A stretch of 8,848 nt of DNA from Candidatus Odinarchaeota archaeon (GCA_038826135.1 JAWBON010000025.1:1-8848), one strand, 5' to 3'; counted from the first letter of the stretch, positions 1 through 7,281 are shown. A program made the numbers and translations. The notes: generated by a model not told the origin, from the letters alone.

Positions 1-1
1 T

Positions 2-400
2 GTGCTATTAGGTGTTATGGGTGGGAGAAACTCGGAGGGCGAAGATTTCCCAGGTGATGAAATGAACAGTGTTGTAGTTGTAGGTGTACCGTACGCTAAA
101 CCGAATCCGAGTGTTAAGGCTTCGATAAGATATTTTGAAGAACAGTTCCCTGGTAAGGGCCACGAGTACGGTTATGTTATACCTTCTATGAGAAGGGCGG
201 CGCAGGCAGGTGGTAGAGTTATTAGGCGGTTGACTGATCGAGGGGCGATAATATTTTTAGATTGGCGTTTTAAACAGGAAAACTGTTTGAAGTATTTTCC
301 AAACTGGTTGAAAGACAACATTGAAATTATACCAGATGAGGCAGGTCTTCTAAAATCAAAGATAAGTTATTTTTTCAAGCAAGGGGGGGTTAAAAGTTAG
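2..400 (+). CDS. xpd: XPD/Rad3/DinG-family SF2 helicase, C-terminal part (5'-truncated by window edge)
   Basis: Helicase_C_2-type motifs GGRNSEGEDFPGD, VVVVGVPY and QAGGRVIRRLTDRGAIIFLDWRF; frame is open from the window start; TAG at 398-400. Confidence 0.85.
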   Translation: MLLGVMGGRNSEGEDFPGDEMNSVVVVGVPYAKPNPSVKASIRYFEEQFPGKGHEYGYVIPSMRRAAQAGGRVIRRLTDRGAIIFLDWRFKQENCLKYFPNWLKDNIEIIPDEAGLLKSKISYFFKQGGVKS

Positions 401-1082
401 AATAGGGATAATTTCAGACATACACTCCAATCTACACGCTTTAAAAACAGTTTTTGATGGATTAGAAAATGTAGACGCGATTATATTTTCAGGGGATATA
501 GTAGGTTACGGTGCTTCTCCGAATGAGGTTATTGATATATTAAAGGATATGAAGCCACGGATGTGTGTTTTAGGCAACCATGATTACGCGTGTTTAAAAA
601 ACGATTTCAGATGGTTTAATGAATTAGCCGCACAGTCTCTGATCTGGACTAAGCGCGTGATTAAACGCGAAAATCTGGATTATATTAGTAAACTACCGTT
701 ATCTGAAACACGGGATTTTGAAGGAGTTAGAGTATATGTCACACATGGCAGCCCAGTAGATAATTTATACGATTATGTTTATCAGGAGCAGGGAAGAGAC
801 TGGAGGAGGTTCTTTAAGATAACTGAAAGTGATATAATAATTTTAGGCCACACTCATATACCTATGATTATAAAATTAAAAGAAAAATATATAATAAACC
901 CCGGTAGCGTAGGTCAGCCGAGGGATGGTAACCCAGCCGCCAGTTACTGTGTTTTAAATATCAATCGCAATGTGAGTGTGGAGTTGAAAAGAGTTAATTA
1001 CGATATTGATAAAAGCGCTGAAGAAATATTAGATGAGGGTTTACCTACTTTCCTAGCTGAGAGATTATATACGGGGATATGA
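396..1082 (+). CDS. Calcineurin-like metallophosphoesterase, about 228 aa; start inferred at GTT 396, upstream of the ORF-track ATG 549
   Basis: The frame upstream of 549 is open and encodes (V)RIGIISDIHSN and GDIVGYG, the first two metal-binding motifs. GNHD, THGSP, GHTH and NPGSVGQPRDG follow. No in-frame ATG/GTG/TTG lies between the stop at 363-365 and position 549. Exact start codon uncertain. Confidence 0.85.
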   Translation, partial: VRIGIISDIHSNLHALKTVFDGLENVDAIIFSGDIVGYGASPNEVIDILKDMKPRMCVLGNHDYACLKNDFRWFNELAAQSLIWTKRVIKRENLDYISKLPLSETRDFEGVRVYVTHGSPVDNLYDYVYQEQGRDWRRFFKITESDIIILGHTHIPMIIKLKEKYIINPGSVGQPRDGNPAASYCVLNINRNVSVELKRVNYDIDKSAEEILDEGLPTFLAERLYTGI

Positions 1083-1085
1083 AAG

Positions 1086-1790
1086 ATGCCTAATATAAGT
1101 GGTAGTTGTATACCGACAGGGCTTCCCGGCTTAGATGCTTTTTTAAACGGGGGTTTAACTCCTGGTAAACTATATCATATTTTCGGAGCTTCAGGTAGTG
1201 GAAAAACAACTTTAGCTCTTCAAACTGTTAAAAATGATTTAGATATAGGGGGGCGTGTTATTTGGGTTGAGACTGAGAGAAAGAATTTCTTAAAGAGACT
1301 TAGCACCATGATGTTGATTGAAGATTTTGAAAAGAAACTTTCAGATATCATTGTTTTCCCAGTTTCAGATTTTAAGCAGCAGGGTGTGCTGGTGAATAAA
1401 CTCGCTGATTTTATAACGCATAGAATAAATCTGGTGGTGTTCGACACCATTACACATCTTTACAGGGGTTCGCTGCAGGAGAAGGAGGATAATATTAAAT
1501 TAAATAAGGAGATTAACAGGCAGATCGCTCTTGTTAAATCTGTATGTATAACGAAGAATATAACATGCATTATGGTTAACCACGTGAGGTTGCAAATCAA
1601 CAGTGAAGGGTTTAAAACAGAACCAGTAGCTTGTAAGATAATCACATACTGGTCTGATTTCAACATAGAGTTAACTAACTTGAATAGTGAACGAAAAAAA
1701 TTAAATATTGTTTCGAAAGAAGGAGATAAGAGGCTTAGCTTAATTTATGAATTAACGTCTAAAGGTGTTGAGCAGGTAAGTCGAATATAA
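1086..1790 (+). CDS. radB: RadB-like RecA-superfamily ATPase (RadA paralog without the N-terminal domain)
   Basis: IPTGLPGLDAFLNGGL, Walker A GASGSGKT, Walker B LVVFDT, MVNHV; 234 aa; GGGG SD at 1073-1076. The euryarchaeal RadB KHR motif is not evident, so the symbol is tentative. Confidence 0.7.
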   Translation: MPNISGSCIPTGLPGLDAFLNGGLTPGKLYHIFGASGSGKTTLALQTVKNDLDIGGRVIWVETERKNFLKRLSTMMLIEDFEKKLSDIIVFPVSDFKQQGVLVNKLADFITHRINLVVFDTITHLYRGSLQEKEDNIKLNKEINRQIALVKSVCITKNITCIMVNHVRLQINSEGFKTEPVACKIITYWSDFNIELTNLNSERKKLNIVSKEGDKRLSLIYELTSKGVEQVSRI

Positions 1791-1803
1791 ATGGTGTTTA
1801 GTT

Positions 1804-2397
1804 ATGGGAGATGTTTTCAGCGAGTTTGCAATTATGCTGTTCCTAGCAGTGTATTATGTGATACCAGCATATGTAGCAAACGGTTTAGCTGTTGTCACAG
1901 GGGGAGGAACCCCTATAGATTTAGGGAGAAATTTCAGAGATGGGAGGAGGATATTCGGTGACGGAAAAACGATAAGAGGTTTTACAGGAGGAGTTATTTG
2001 CGGTTTTTTAGTGGGTTTGATTCAAATGATTATAGCCCCCAATCTTAACGGTTTTATACAGCAATTAATCACCGTTTATGATTTAAACCCGGCTATATCG
2101 TTCAGCGCCGAGGTGATTATTCACACCCCTCCTTTAAGAGCTTTTTTACTAGCCTTAGGCGGTTTAACAGGTGATCTCGTAGGCTCATTTATTAAAAGAA
2201 GACTTAATCTTGAGAGGGGGAGACCGGCCCCCCTTATAGATCAGCTTGACTTCATATGCTTTGCATTACTATTCAGCTATTTTATTTCGCCAATATCCTG
2301 GGAATATATTGTTATTTTAATAGTTTTAACACCTATCATTCATTTAATAGCGAATATAGCAGCTTACTGGTTAAAGCTTAAAAATGTTCCATGGTAA
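1804..2397 (+). CDS. carS: CDP-2,3-bis-(O-geranylgeranyl)-sn-glycerol (CDP-archaeol) synthase
   Basis: Signature segments PAYVANGLAVVTGGGTPIDLGRNFRDGRRIFGDGKTIRGF and GDLVGSFIKRR...RGRPAPLIDQLDF; multiple TM segments; GGTG SD at 1793-1796. Confidence 0.93.
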   Translation: MGDVFSEFAIMLFLAVYYVIPAYVANGLAVVTGGGTPIDLGRNFRDGRRIFGDGKTIRGFTGGVICGFLVGLIQMIIAPNLNGFIQQLITVYDLNPAISFSAEVIIHTPPLRAFLLALGGLTGDLVGSFIKRRLNLERGRPAPLIDQLDFICFALLFSYFISPISWEYIVILIVLTPIIHLIANIAAYWLKLKNVPW

Positions 2398-2402
2398 TTT
2401 AG

Positions 2403-2831
2403 CTAGCTTAACTTAAATATGGCTAGTGCTTGAAGACCTGCGAACGCTATTATTATAAGAGCTAAGCCGGCTATGATCAACGCATAAGCGTAGCTTGGAT
2501 TATAAACGTTTTTCGCACTCTCATACATGGACATGAAGCCTATGAAGCCGAGAAACATTAACAGGGATGCTGCTAAACCTTCTAAAAGAAATTGCTCATC
2601 TATACCGCCGCCTAAAGATGCGGTGAATATTAATACAGGTGTGCCGGATGAAGTTTGACCTACAGCTATAGGCTGGTGCACGATATCGTAGATTCCTCCA
2701 GCTAGAAGGAAATATATTAAGAATATGATTACTATAAACCAGAATGTTCGAGACGGCGCCTTAGGTAATTTTAAAACCGGTTTCGAGAGTTTCGTTTTAA
2801 TTTTTCTCCAAATTTTCGATAGTTGATTCAT
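2403..2831 (-). CDS. OSTC/DC2-like (OST3/OST6 family membrane region) oligosaccharyltransferase accessory subunit, 142 aa, 3 TM
   Basis: YFLLAGGIYDIVHQPIAVG and QFLLEGLAASLLMFLGFIGF resemble eukaryotic OSTC (recalled as [20 protein letters not shown] and [20 protein letters not shown]); no thioredoxin domain; GGTG SD 5 nt before ATG. Confidence 0.8.
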   Translation of the reverse strand: MNQLSKIWRKIKTKLSKPVLKLPKAPSRTFWFIVIIFLIYFLLAGGIYDIVHQPIAVGQTSSGTPVLIFTASLGGGIDEQFLLEGLAASLLMFLGFIGFMSMYESAKNVYNPSYAYALIIAGLALIIIAFAGLQALAIFKLS

Positions 2832-3026
2832 GAAAGCACCGTTAAAGATTTGTATTTTATTTGAATATTTTTTGAATAATAAACGATTTTATTTTTATAG
2901 ATTTACATGAATATTTATATTTTTGTGTAAAATTAGAGTTGTCACATTAAAAGTACAATTATTCACCTTCACGCTTATATTCTCAGCAATGTTTTGAAGT
3001 GTTAATTAATTAGGAAGCGTTTAGCA

Positions 3027-3058
3027 TTTATAAGCTAGGGCGGTTTTAATATTTATAG
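3027..3058 (+). promoter_or_regulatory. Candidate TATA boxes for radA (TTTATAAG 3027-3034; TTTATAG 3052-3058)
   Basis: TATA-like motifs in the divergent OSTC/radA intergenic region, upstream of the radA SD; which one is used is unknown. Confidence 0.4.
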
Positions 3059-3090
3059 CCTGTGAGAATAAATCATACAAGAGTAGAGTC

Positions 3091-3097
3091 AGGAGGG
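3091..3097 (+). promoter_or_regulatory. Shine-Dalgarno AGGAGGG for radA
   Basis: Strong SD followed after 7 nt by in-frame ATT CCT AAA AAA (M-P-K-K). Confidence 0.7.
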
Positions 3098-3104
3098 AAA
3101 TCTA

Positions 3105-4130
3105 ATTCCTAAAAAAGAAGAGCTTATAGAGGATGAGAAACTCGAATTTGAGGATCTAGAGAACTTAGAAGAGGAAGAGGAGGAGCCTGCGGCTCCCAGC
3201 GAGTTAACTCAGTTGACAGGTGTAGGGCCATCGATAGCTAAAAGACTTGCAGAGTCAGGGTATAACAGTGTTGAAGCTGTCGCTGTCACTACAGCTGATG
3301 AATTAGCTGCAGCTGTAGACGTTGGTAAATCAACAGCTCAGAAAATCATCGAATCTGCAAGAGAGCTTTTAAAAATAGGTTTCGAAACAGCGGATAACGT
3401 ATATGAGAAGCGGAAGAATATAGGGAGAATTACAACAGGCTCTAAGAATTTAGACAGTCTTATCGGCGGGGGTGTGGAGACACAATCTATAACTGAGGTT
3501 TTCGGACCTTTTAGATCAGGTAAGACCCAGTTGGCTCATCAGCTGTCAGTTTTTGTACAGTTACCTGTTGATAAAGGTGGGTTGAACGGTAAAGCATTAT
3601 ATATTGACTGTGAAGGAACTTTCAGACCTGAGAGAATAGTGCAGATGGCTGCAGCTGTTGACTTAGATCCTAAAATCGCTCTTAAAAATATCTGGTGTGC
3701 GAGGGCTTATAATTCAGATCATCAGATGCTACTGTGTCAACAGGCTAGTGAGCTTATTAAAAAGGAGAATCTTAAATTAATTGTTATCGACAGTATAATG
3801 AGCCATTTCAGAGCCGAATACATAGGTAGAGAGATGTTAGCTAGAAGACAGCAGAAATTAAATAAGCATCTACACATGTTAGAAAGAACCGCTGACATAG
3901 AGAATGTGGCTATTTTAATCACCAATCAAGTTATGGCTAAACCGGACACATTCTTCGGGGACCCCACTGAGCCTGTAGGCGGGCACGTACTGGCGCATGT
4001 TCCCCAGACAAGACTTTATCTGAGAAGAAGTAAGGGTAACAGGCGGATATGCAGATTAGTTGATTCACCGTGGATGCCTGAGGGTGAGGCTGTTTTTATT
4101 ATAACAGCTGAAGGTATAAGGGATCCCTAG
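3105..4130 (+). CDS. radA: DNA repair and recombination protein RadA, about 341 aa; start inferred at ATT 3105 (ORF track starts at TTG 3213, inside the first HhH motif)
   Basis: Hh[13 protein letters not shown], polymerisation motif GFETA, Walker [22 protein letters not shown], Walker B LIVIDS, GGHVLAH, RLVDSP; no intein. The frame is open from 3087 with no NTG codon before 3213. Confidence 0.95.
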   Translation: MPKKEELIEDEKLEFEDLENLEEEEEEPAAPSELTQLTGVGPSIAKRLAESGYNSVEAVAVTTADELAAAVDVGKSTAQKIIESARELLKIGFETADNVYEKRKNIGRITTGSKNLDSLIGGGVETQSITEVFGPFRSGKTQLAHQLSVFVQLPVDKGGLNGKALYIDCEGTFRPERIVQMAAAVDLDPKIALKNIWCARAYNSDHQMLLCQQASELIKKENLKLIVIDSIMSHFRAEYIGREMLARRQQKLNKHLHMLERTADIENVAILITNQVMAKPDTFFGDPTEPVGGHVLAHVPQTRLYLRRSKGNRRICRLVDSPWMPEGEAVFIITAEGIRDP

Positions 4131-4786
4131 GATTTACACTGGAATATTAGAAAGTTCAAAGTCTCCCATAAAAGTTTTCTCTGCCTCTCCCGGATTAATT
4201 TAAAACTGTTTCTTTCAAATATTTTTTTAACTAAGTTCACTCCGCTTAGATTAGAGTAGGCGATTTGAATATACCCTCTTTTAAATAAATATTTTTTAGC
4301 ATCTTTCACAAATCTGCTTATAAGATTCTCAGGGGATCTGTTAAGCCAAGCTTGCTGTATTAAGTTTTTAGGTTCACCTCTTAGATACGGGGGGTTGAAT
4401 ATTATTGTGTTAAATTTTTCATTTTTTAAAGCTGAGAAAAACTCGCTTTGATAAACTTTTATTTTATCTTTTAAACCGTTCAGATTCACGTTTACTCGAC
4501 AGCAACGAACAGCCATATGGTTTACGTCAACGGCTACTACATTTCTAACTTTATCAGCTATTTGAACAGCTATATATCCTGAGCCTGCCCCCATGTCTAA
4601 AACAGACCAGTCTGGTTTAAAAATCATGTTCTCCACTATGAACTTAGATGTGAAAGCGTATTTAGGGTTGAAAACCTCATTTGTGAGATAGAATTTTTTC
4701 CCGTCGATCACGTATACTCCGGGTTTTATCCGCGCGTGTAAGAGTTCTAATAACTTAGAGGATATTTTAGTTTTGAGCAGGGACAA
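4127..4786 (-). CDS. HemK/PrmC-family class I SAM-dependent methyltransferase (NPPY type)
   Basis: Motif [10 protein letters not shown], acidic VDVN, motif IV FNPPY. Start is GTG 4792 or, better spaced from GGCGGTG, TTG 4786. Its stop shares the CTAG at 4127-4130 with the radA stop. Confidence 0.8.
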   Translation of the reverse strand: MSLLKTKISSKLLELLHARIKPGVYVIDGKKFYLTNEVFNPKYAFTSKFIVENMIFKPDWSVLDMGAGSGYIAVQIADKVRNVVAVDVNHMAVRCCRVNVNLNGLKDKIKVYQSEFFSALKNEKFNTIIFNPPYLRGEPKNLIQQAWLNRSPENLISRFVKDAKKYLFKRGYIQIAYSNLSGVNLVKKIFERNSFKLIRERQRKLLWETLNFLIFQCKS

Positions 4787-4796
4787 AAACACCGCC

Positions 4797-6050
4797 TTAA
4801 GCGAGCGTTACTTCGATTTCCTCACCGAGGATTTCTTTAAGCTTCTCGGCTAGGGTTTTTAAATCTCTGTCTATTTTACCTTCTAGATTTTGGATCAGAG
4901 TTTCTATCTGGTCAGCGACTACTTTTTTATCGGCAAGCTGTTTTTCTATCTCCTCTATTTTAGATATTATAATCTCGGATTCTTCTATCAAACCTTTTTC
5001 AGCGATGATTGTTTTCAACTTTTCTTTTAATTCAATTGAAGCTTTAGCTTTAACATACAGTTCATCTAAAAATTCATCCCCTAATATTCTGCTGATTTGT
5101 TTAATAGCTCTGTCAGCTCTATCCTGTTTTAATTCCAGCTCATTGTCTAGGAGACTTCGCTGAAGAACTTTCAAAATCTGTTTCAACGCAGGTAACCCTT
5201 CTGTTTCAGATATGAAGGTGTTAAATGGCTCTGATATGTATTTATCAATCGTGTTTCTCTGCTCAGCTGTTAAATCAGCAAGCGCTTTAGATGAACTCTT
5301 AGTTAGTTTCGCTAAAGGTTTAAGAACAGGGTTTATTAGCATATTGAAGCTACGCCGAATATTATTTAACTCTTCATCAGCTTTCATATGCTCTTTCTGT
5401 AAACCTGTAGTCTTGAACTTTAAGTAGTTGTCTTCTTCAGTTTTAAGCTGTTTTTCTATTTCACATATTTCAATTTTAACTGATTCAAATTTATCTTGAA
5501 GATTTTTTTTCTCTTTTACTGATTCGATAAGCATGTTAGCCGAGTCGATTATTTTATCAACCCGTTCAATCTCCTTGTATTCTTTGAGTAGAAATTGATT
5601 GGTTTTATCAACCAGTTCGGCTAGTTTACGGATGTTGAAGTCTAAATCTTTAAGCTCTGTTTTAAACCAGGGAGTCATTTTAGGCACGAGCTTGCGACCA
5701 AGCTCGTTAATATTTAGAAAAAAATTTTTTACCTCGCTGTTAAGATTCATTAAACTATTATAGCTGCAGTTTTCATCAATCTTGATTTTATTAAGGTATT
5801 CTAGTATACTGTTACTTAGTTTTTCAGAGGCTTTAACAGCTAATTCATGGCTTTTAACATCTCCCTCCATTGTTTTAAACGCTTCCCGGCCTTTGCTTGT
5901 TAAAAATTTCTCAGCTGAGAGTTTTACCTGCCCTATTAAATCAATGATTTTCTGTTTACTTAACTGGGCTTTCACACGAAGGGGAGAGTAGCGTTTATCG
6001 TTTTTCTTATTAACATAGTCTTTAACCTCATCCAGCCTTATTTTAATCAT
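4797..6050 (-). CDS. Hypothetical all-helical/coiled-coil protein, about 417 aa
   Basis: Long K/E/L-rich heptad stretches flanking a central helical segment; no Walker A, no TM segment. ATG 6050 overlaps the end of dys and lies 6 nt after GAGCGTG (alternative start GTG 6059). Confidence 0.75.
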   Translation of the reverse strand: MIKIRLDEVKDYVNKKNDKRYSPLRVKAQLSKQKIIDLIGQVKLSAEKFLTSKGREAFKTMEGDVKSHELAVKASEKLSNSILEYLNKIKIDENCSYNSLMNLNSEVKNFFLNINELGRKLVPKMTPWFKTELKDLDFNIRKLAELVDKTNQFLLKEYKEIERVDKIIDSANMLIESVKEKKNLQDKFESVKIEICEIEKQLKTEEDNYLKFKTTGLQKEHMKADEELNNIRRSFNMLINPVLKPLAKLTKSSSKALADLTAEQRNTIDKYISEPFNTFISETEGLPALKQILKVLQRSLLDNELELKQDRADRAIKQISRILGDEFLDELYVKAKASIELKEKLKTIIAEKGLIEESEIIISKIEEIEKQLADKKVVADQIETLIQNLEGKIDRDLKTLAEKLKEILGEEIEVTLA

Positions 6051-7008
6051 TTTTTTCACGCTCAGTTTTCGATAAGCGTTCTTTAACAGCTGCTACAATT
6101 ATAGGAAGAACTATTGTCGCGTCAGCGATTAAATCCACCCAAGGGGCTTCACTTTTAATTTTACCCCATGATTGAGCTTCTCCAAGCGAGGCGCCGCTTA
6201 AACCACCAGGTTCAGGTCTGTCCATAGTTATCTGGATAGCGTAGTCGAATCCTCTTCCAGTGATCAGCATAGTCTGTAATATATGGTTTTTAGGAACACC
6301 GCCTCCGACTGATATGACGGCTGCGCGCTTAGATTCATAGGCCATGTCAATCATTTTTTGAATGTCTTTAAGAACATCCACTACTAGTGGTTTCCGCTGA
6401 CGGAAAAGCCATAGTTGAAGGCCTAGTATAGAATCTGTTATAGCCGGGCAGAAGACTGGGATGTTTTTTTCAACAGCGTTTTTTACTATAGAGTTCTCGT
6501 CGGTAAGGTGTCTTCCTATTTCCCATATTAATTCATACACTGCTATGCCTTTTTCACTTTTAACAGGATCTATTTCGCCAAGTATCCTTTGAATATTTTT
6601 CTCAAAATTTACGAACTCCCTGTTTCTCACATATATATCGTATATTCTGTTTATTCCAAGCCTGTGAAGATGAATATCACTGTAAGTTTTTGAGAGCCGG
6701 ATATGATGTCCGCCGAAGGCTTCAATAAGATCATGGGTTAAATTAGCCCCTGTTGTAACTATCGCGTTAATGTAATCTTCTCTCATCAAATCAACTACAA
6801 CTTTCCGCATACCAGCCGGTACTAGTGCGCCAGCTAAGCCTAAAAATCTTAAAGCTTCTTTATCAGACGCTATTTTCTCTAAAATATTCGCGGCTTCGCT
6901 GAGACGGCCTGCACCGAAAGCCCCGGATCTTTCAAATTGAAGCATTAACTCGTTTAATGACATCCCTGTTTTAATATTAATTGGGTGAACGAATCTTTCC
7001 TGATCCAT
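6043..7008 (-). CDS. dys: Deoxyhypusine synthase (aIF5A modification)
   Basis: FLGLAGALVPAGMR, IVTTGANLTHDLIE, NRIYD, FCPAITDSILG, GGGVPKNH and GGLSGASLGEAQSWGKI with the catalytic Lys of SWGK; GGGG SD 6 nt upstream of ATG. Confidence 0.95.
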   Translation of the reverse strand: MDQERFVHPINIKTGMSLNELMLQFERSGAFGAGRLSEAANILEKIASDKEALRFLGLAGALVPAGMRKVVVDLMREDYINAIVTTGANLTHDLIEAFGGHHIRLSKTYSDIHLHRLGINRIYDIYVRNREFVNFEKNIQRILGEIDPVKSEKGIAVYELIWEIGRHLTDENSIVKNAVEKNIPVFCPAITDSILGLQLWLFRQRKPLVVDVLKDIQKMIDMAYESKRAAVISVGGGVPKNHILQTMLITGRGFDYAIQITMDRPEPGGLSGASLGEAQSWGKIKSEAPWVDLIADATIVLPIIVAAVKERLSKTEREKND

Positions 7009-7092
7009 TTACATCCCCTTAATTTTATTGTTGAATCTGATTTAAAGATGTTATCCATATCGAGTTTTAAGGTGGGTGGTTGTGGAATAGAA

Positions 7093-7105
7093 GTTATCAG
7101 ATAAC
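7093..7105. promoter_or_regulatory. Perfect inverted repeat GTTATC-A-GATAAC, candidate transcription-factor site
   Basis: 6-1-6 palindrome read directly, 7 nt upstream of the TATA box in the divergent dys/tRNA intergenic region. Confidence 0.35.
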
Positions 7106-7112
7106 GGTTAGA

Positions 7113-7120
7113 TTTATATA
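7113..7120 (+). promoter_or_regulatory. TATA box TTTATATA of the tRNA gene
   Basis: Consensus archaeal TATA 33-40 nt upstream of mature tRNA position 1. Confidence 0.65.
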
Positions 7121-7167
7121 ATAATGGGTTTTTTATGAGTATTGATTAATATAGCGGGGTGGGGTAG

Positions 7168-7192
7168 GCTACCGTTAATAAGGTGGGCCTAT
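7168..7192 (+). other. tRNA intron 1, position 15/16, 25 nt
   Basis: hBHBh': TG(7160-61)/CA(7194-95); central helix GGGT(7162-65)/GCCT(7187-90) with two G:U pairs; bulges AG|G and AT|T; outer helix CTACC/GGTGG (5 bp). Confidence 0.8.
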
Positions 7193-7199
7193 TCAGGAG

Positions 7200-7213
7200 A
7201 CCTTTGGCTTGAA
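7200..7213 (+). other. tRNA intron 2, position 20a/21, 14 nt
   Basis: Central helix CAGG(7194-97)/CTTG(7208-11); bulges AG|A and AA|A; outer helix CC/GG closing a TTT loop. Confidence 0.82.
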
Positions 7214-7230
7214 ATCCCGCGGGGCTCATA

Positions 7231-7247
7231 AAGAGAGCCCTGGAGAA
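7231..7247 (+). other. tRNA intron 3, canonical position 37/38, 17 nt (relaxed BHB)
   Basis: Removal restores CTCATA|ACCCCG. Central helix CTCA/GGAG has one A.G mismatch; bulges TA|A and AA|A; outer helix only AG/CT. Confidence 0.85.
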
Positions 7248-7255
7248 ACCCCGAG

Positions 7256-7281
7256 ACAAGCACGAATAGTACTTGCGGGAA
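7256..7281 (+). other. tRNA intron 4, position 45/46, 26 nt
   Basis: Perfect central helix CCCG(7250-53)/CGGG(7276-79); bulges AG|A and AA|A; outer helix CAAG/CTTG. Confidence 0.88.

Noticed and set aside
1220-1666. Minus-strand ORFs 1220-1450 and 1460-1666
   Set aside because: Antisense shadows of the RadB-like gene with no recognisable motifs.
2832-3090. Small RNA, small ORF, CRISPR array or mobile element in the AT-rich intergenic region
   Set aside because: No C/D boxes, stable hairpins, repeat-spacer units or credible ORFs; consistent with divergent promoters. No transposase or integrase is present anywhere in the window.
3062-3112. GTG-initiated 16-codon uORF or frameshift as the radA start
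   Set aside because: No SD, it ends at TAA in another frame, and SD-spaced ATT 3105 is simpler.
3737-3925. Minus-strand 62-aa ORF
   Set aside because: Antisense to the highly conserved radA core.
3213-4130. Intein in RadA
   Set aside because: Length and motif spacing are normal, with no insertion at the P-loop.
5212-5991. Plus-strand ORFs 5212-5427 and 5782-5991
   Set aside because: Antisense shadows of the coiled-coil gene; composition mirrors the opposite strand.
4797-6050. SMC/Rad50/SbcC call for the coiled-coil protein
   Set aside because: No Walker A/B, signature motif or zinc hook.
7071-7085. GGTGGGTGGTTGTGG as a G-quadruplex
   Set aside because: Only two-tetrad potential, with no supporting evidence.
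7168-7194. Alternative intron 1 boundaries (for example 7170-7194 or 7171-7193)
   Set aside because: They give an over-long D-loop or lack a contiguous outer helix; 7168-7192 gives a full hBHBh' and a canonical D-loop.
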